Sequence record: PZ379547.1
From: a phage
Length of the DNA: 38,987 nucleotides
Reading direction: 5' to 3' (one strand)
Shown: positions 36,740-38,987 of the stretch, piece by piece
Numbering within the stretch: the stretch's first letter is position 1
How the letters are laid out: the number at the start of each line of letters is the position of its first letter
Notes under the pieces: model-generated
The model's database searches: none
What the model was told of the DNA's origin: nothing
The model's input: the letters and a program-made list of their open reading frames with translations, nothing else
Program-made: the position numbers and the translations under genes

Positions 36740-37189
36740 ATGCTCGAATTTTTAAAGAGAGCGGCTCCGTGGTTACTTGCAGCAGTGATGTTTGCTGGTG
36801 GCTACCACACCGCTAACAATAAGTGGGAGGTTAAGGTCAATGCAGAATACACCTCGAATCTTAAGGCATCGGAAGATACAAGGCTTGCTGTCCAAGCTGA
36901 AGTCAACAAAGTGTCCAAACGGTTTCAGGACGAAATGTCCTCGCTGGAAGGCAGCACTGATAGGATTATTGCTGACCTTCAGTCTGACAATAAGCGGTTG
37001 CGCATCCGAGTCAAACCAACGAGTGGAACCACGCAAAGTGACGGTCGATGCTTCATTGATGGTTACGCCGAACTTGACGAACGAGATGCTAAACGTCTTA
37101 TCGCCATCGGAGTGAAAGGAGACAAGTGGATTAAGGCCCTTCAAGACACTGTGAGAGCCTTACAGCAAGAGAAGGAGGTGACGCATTGA
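36740..37189 (+). CDS. gp18.5: Rz-like i-spanin (T7 gene 18.5 homolog), 149 aa
   Basis: [13 protein letters not shown] (N-terminal TM), [49 protein letters not shown] match recalled T7 gp18.5. Confidence 0.88.
   Translation: MLEFLKRAAPWLLAAVMFAGGYHTANNKWEVKVNAEYTSNLKASEDTRLAVQAEVNKVSKRFQDEMSSLEGSTDRIIADLQSDNKRLRIRVKPTSGTTQSDGRCFIDGYAELDERDAKRLIAIGVKGDKWIKALQDTVRALQQEKEVTH
36840..37115 (+). CDS. gp18.7: Rz1-like o-spanin lipoprotein embedded in the +1 frame of gene 18.5 (T7 gene 18.7 homolog), about 91 aa
   Basis: [24 protein letters not shown] (signal plus lipobox) and C-terminal [15 protein letters not shown] resemble recalled T7 gp18.7; ATG 36840 with GGGAGG upstream. Confidence 0.7.
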   Translation: MQNTPRILRHRKIQGLLSKLKSTKCPNGFRTKCPRWKAALIGLLLTFSLTISGCASESNQRVEPRKVTVDASLMVTPNLTNEMLNVLSPSE

Positions 37190-38949
37190 GTAAAGACTTA
37201 GTGGCGCGTCAGGCGCTAATGACTGCACGTATGAAGTCAGACTTCGTGTTCTTCCTGTTCGTCCTGTGGAAAGCTCTGTCGCTCCCAGTCCCTACTCGCT
37301 GTCAGATTGACATGGCGAAGAAACTATCGGCTGGGGACAACAGGCGCTTCATCCTACAAGCGTTCCGTGGTATAGGGAAGTCCTTCATTACGTGTGCCTT
37401 CGTTGTCTGGAAGCTATGGAACAACCCAGACTTGAAGTTCATGATTGTGTCGGCCTCAAAGGAACGAGCCGATGCTAACTCCATCTTCATCAAGCGAATC
37501 ATCGACCTCATGCCTCAGCTTCAGGAACTCAAACCTAAGCAGGGTCAGCGAGATGCGGTTATCAGCTTCGACGTTGGACCGGCTAAGCCAGACCACTCAC
37601 CTTCGGTTAAGTCCGTTGGTATCACTGGTCAGTTGACTGGTAGTCGTGCTGACATCCTGATTGCCGATGACGTGGAGGTTCCGAACAACTCAGCGACTCA
37701 GGCTGCACGAGACCGTCTATCAGAGCTTGTGAAAGAGTTCGACGCTATCCTGAAGCCGGGAGGTACGATCATCTATCTGGGTACTCCTCAGAACGAGATG
37801 ACACTGTATCGTGAGCTGGAAGGTCGTGGGTACACCACTACTATCTGGCCCGCTCGTTATCCACGCGACAGGAAGGACTGGCAGTCTTACGGTGACCGTC
37901 TGGCACCGATGCTTCAGGCAGAGCTTGAAGAGGACCCTGAGTCCTTCTACTGGCGTCCGACTGATGAAGTACGCTTCGATGATACGGACCTGAAGGAGCG
38001 TGAGCTGTCCTACGGTAAAGCTGGCTTCGCTCTACAGTTCATGCTTAACCCGAACCTGAGTGATGCTGAGAAGTATCCTCTTAAGCTCCGTGACCTTATC
38101 GTAGCCGACTTGGACCCAGCGTCCAGCCCAATGGTCTACCAATGGTTGCCAAACCCTCAGAACAAGCGTGAGGACGTTCCTAACGTGGGACTCATGGGTG
38201 ACTCGTACCACACGTATCAGACTGTAGGTTCTGCCTTCAGCTCATACACCCAGAAGATTCTGGTCATTGACCCTAGTGGTCGTGGTAAGGATGAAACTGG
38301 CTATGCGGTACTGTACCAGCTCAACGGCTACATCTTCGCTATGGAAGTTGGTGGTATGCGTGGTGGCTATGAAGACTCTACGCTGGAAGCATTGGCTAAG
38401 ATTGGTCGTAAGTGGAAGGTCAACGAATACGTCATTGAGGGTAACTTCGGCGATGGTATGTACCTTGAGCTATTCAAGCCTGTAGCGGCCCGTATTCATC
38501 CTGCTGCTGTAACTGAAGTGAAGAGTAAGGGTCAGAAGGAACTCCGCATCTGTGACGTTCTGGAGCCTATCATGGGGTCTCACCGACTTATCGTTAACGC
38601 TGCTGCTATCGTCCAAGACTACCAGACAGCCTCTGACAAGGATGGCGTGCGTAACCCTATCTACTCTCTCTTCTATCAGATGACCCGTATCTCTCGTGAA
38701 CGTGGAGCCTTGGCACACGATGACCGACTTGATGCGCTGGCTATCGGTGTACAGTTCTTCGTTGAGTCTATGGCGAAGGATGCCAACAAAGGCGAACGTG
38801 AAGTCACTGAGGAGTGGCTGGAGGAACAGATGGAGAACCCACGGAAAGGCTTCGAGTCCATCCACACTGAGTTCTGGGACAATGGGGTCCGGGTAACTCA
38901 CGATACTGACGACGAGCTTGGACTAGGGTCCTACGTTACGTTCCACTAG
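37186..38949 (+). CDS. gp19: Terminase large subunit (T7 gene 19 homolog), 587 aa, probable TTG start
   Basis: [111 protein letters not shown] match recalled T7 gp19; AAGGAGG 8 nt before TTG 37186. Confidence 0.96.
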   Translation: MSKDLVARQALMTARMKSDFVFFLFVLWKALSLPVPTRCQIDMAKKLSAGDNRRFILQAFRGIGKSFITCAFVVWKLWNNPDLKFMIVSASKERADANSIFIKRIIDLMPQLQELKPKQGQRDAVISFDVGPAKPDHSPSVKSVGITGQLTGSRADILIADDVEVPNNSATQAARDRLSELVKEFDAILKPGGTIIYLGTPQNEMTLYRELEGRGYTTTIWPARYPRDRKDWQSYGDRLAPMLQAELEEDPESFYWRPTDEVRFDDTDLKERELSYGKAGFALQFMLNPNLSDAEKYPLKLRDLIVADLDPASSPMVYQWLPNPQNKREDVPNVGLMGDSYHTYQTVGSAFSSYTQKILVIDPSGRGKDETGYAVLYQLNGYIFAMEVGGMRGGYEDSTLEALAKIGRKWKVNEYVIEGNFGDGMYLELFKPVAARIHPAAVTEVKSKGQKELRICDVLEPIMGSHRLIVNAAAIVQDYQTASDKDGVRNPIYSLFYQMTRISRERGALAHDDRLDALAIGVQFFVESMAKDANKGEREVTEEWLEEQMENPRKGFESIHTEFWDNGVRVTHDTDDELGLGSYVTFH

Positions 38950-38987
38950 CTGAATGAATAACTATAGGCGAAAACTGAATTAATAAG
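38861..38987 (+). repeat. Window-end duplication, copy 2 (identical to 1-127)
   Basis: Exact identity with window start, read directly. Confidence 0.95.

Overview
This window is a complete T7-like podovirus genome (Autographiviridae, T7-type gene order) of about 38.9 kb, written in circularly permuted form. Bases 1-127 are identical to 38861-38987, so the window starts inside the 3' end of the terminase large-subunit gene and the physical genome ends (terminal repeat plus flanking short-repeat arrays) sit inside the window at about 675-1100. All credible genes are on the + strand. Calls rest on my reading of the six-frame translations, recalled T7 protein sequences and gene order; no database search was run. 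The map runs gene 19.5, an early region (Ocr homolog plus small unknown ORFs, no gene 0.7 kinase), RNA polymerase, ligase, Gp2, SSB, an HNH endonuclease, endonuclease I, lysozyme, primase-helicase, DNA polymerase, exonuclease, portal, scaffold, capsid (10A/10B), tail tube, internal core proteins, tail fibre, holin, terminase small subunit, spanins and terminase large subunit. I found 11 copies of a phage-specific promoter (consensus about TAAACTATCACTATAGGGA), a family of related hairpins that look like RNase III sites, and two strong intrinsic terminators. No tRNA, rRNA, CRISPR array or transposon was seen. Nothing here looks like a wholly new system. The most interesting departures from T7 are an Ocr homolog with a C-terminal extension, an ASCH-like ORF inserted between tail genes 11 and 12, a mosaic tail fibre with an AT-rich beta-helix C-terminal module, a free-standing HNH endonuclease, and a phage promoter directly upstream of the RNA polymerase gene.
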